64,000 nucleotides of DNA, taken from positions 196,044,001-196,108,000 of the forward strand of contig OZ024740.1 in the NCBI GenBank assembly GCA_964016885.1. Reading direction: 5' to 3'. This document shows positions 62,933-64,000 of the stretch, piece by piece. Made by a program: the position numbers and the translations under genes. Below the pieces are notes generated by a model. The model made no database searches, was not told where the DNA came from, and saw nothing but the letters and a program-made list of their open reading frames with translations. The number at the start of each line of letters is the position of its first letter. The stretch's first letter is position 1. The DNA is from Eledone cirrhosa (taxonomy: Eukaryota).

Positions 62933-63200
62933 TCATGACTGACTATACATTCCATTCCTTGATATGTTAGCAGATGGGACATGCAAATATTTGGAATGGC
63001 TAGGTGTTACTTTGCATTCACGCCTCATTTCCCATTTCTCCTGGTAGTGCTGAATGTGTTTCTCCTCCATATCTTCAATCCCTTTCCAATTGTTAGACTG
63101 ACAAAATGAACAGCAGATATCAATGTCTTCTGCTGAAAGGTTGATGTTGCAATGTTGCATCTCTTTTAAAATGCAGTGGTGTGATGACATAAACGAATAA
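62933..63200 (-). CDS. candidate terminal coding exon of an unidentified neighbouring gene
   Basis: ctacag acceptor, then ~88 open codons (YSFMSSHHCILKEMQHCNINLSAEDIDICC...) to TGA in non-repetitive sequence; no family recognised. Confidence 0.4.
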
Positions 63201-63690
63201 CTGTAGTTTAAGAGAATATGTATGATGCTAATCACATTAGAGTGGCGCTAATGAAAATCCACTAAATGGAAATCTTGGTTTTTCTATTGTTAGATCTACA
63301 AATTTCTAATGGTTATAACTAAAAAAAAATATATAATAATGCTAAATATACATTCTTAAATTTTTTTAAATTAGTTTATTGGCATGTTTCAGTGTTTAAA
63401 GCTGTTGATGTACCAGAATCAATAGCAACATTTATTGACATGGAGTCTCAGTTAATCTATTTGATAAGTGAGCTGTCAAGGCAATCACATTTATTGGAAA
63501 CTAATAGAGTATTTTAGCTGATGAAAAATAAACAAACATGTAAGCTGTTTGCTTAATTTCATTGATATGTGCAAAGAAATCAGTTGTTTACCATTCAATA
63601 TAAGTGAGCTGTCACACACTCATGAAATATGATCTTTCTGGAACTTGGATTTTCTGTTTCTGTTGAATTTGTATTATTTTGTCAACAGTA

Positions 63691-63793
63691 ATCCCGCCGA
63701 GGTTGACTTTGCCTTTCATCCTTACGGGGTCGATAAAATAAAGTACCAGTAATGCACTGGGTAATTGCTGGCCTTGTGCCTAAAGTAGAAACA
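63691..63793 (+). mobile_element. 5'-truncated SINE family 1 with 18-bp TSD
   Basis: TSD ATTATTTTGTCAACAGTA at 63673-63690 and 63794-63811. Confidence 0.9.
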
Positions 63794-64000
63794 ATTATTT
63801 TGTCAACAGTAGAATACTTACTCAGTTTGCCTTGCTTTGAGAATCCAGCTCAATCATTGGGAGAAGGTTGCTTTGAATAGGACACTCTGGAAGATATGTC
63901 TGAGGACTCTGCACCCCCTGATGCCCTCAAGGAGGGGAGGGGGAGGCATTAGTAGTGAAACAAAAAGTGTTCAACATTATAATAAATGGAAATTTGATCA

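Noticed and set aside
3973-63793. tRNA genes
   Set aside because: A and B boxes belong to SINE heads; I saw no complete cloverleaf.
1-64000. Prokaryotic-style novel system (CRISPR array, retron, DGR, defence operon)
   Set aside because: The DNA is spliceosomal-intron eukaryotic sequence. All RTs are non-LTR LINE type, and the repeats are dispersed TEs rather than repeat-spacer arrays.

Overview
AT-rich, repeat-dense animal genomic DNA, not prokaryotic. The SINE/RTE repertoire looks like an octopod cephalopod (inference). The main gene is FAF1 (FAS-associated factor 1, UBA-UBL-UAS-coiled coil-UBX) on the minus strand. I reconstructed 15 coding exons by hand, from the ATG at 43067 down to 1029: all GT-AG, phase-consistent, 1767 nt / 589 codons. 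The last exon lies left of the window. The rest is mostly transposable elements: a decayed piggyBac nested in a MITE with near-identical ends and itself interrupted by a LINE tail; four RTE-clade LINE copies (two subfamilies) with a PHD-like finger after the RT; CR1-type and CRE-type LINE fragments; a full-length decayed mariner; a non-autonomous hAT; two non-autonomous Helitrons; several MITE families; and many tRNA-derived SINEs. I found no evidence for a wholly new protein system. The best leads are the three-level nesting, the inverted RTE pair bracketing FAF1 exons 2-3, the PHD-bearing RTEs, the hAT with convergent tRNA-like heads, and the apparent single-UBL FAF1. Coordinates were counted by eye; repeat edges without TSDs are approximate.
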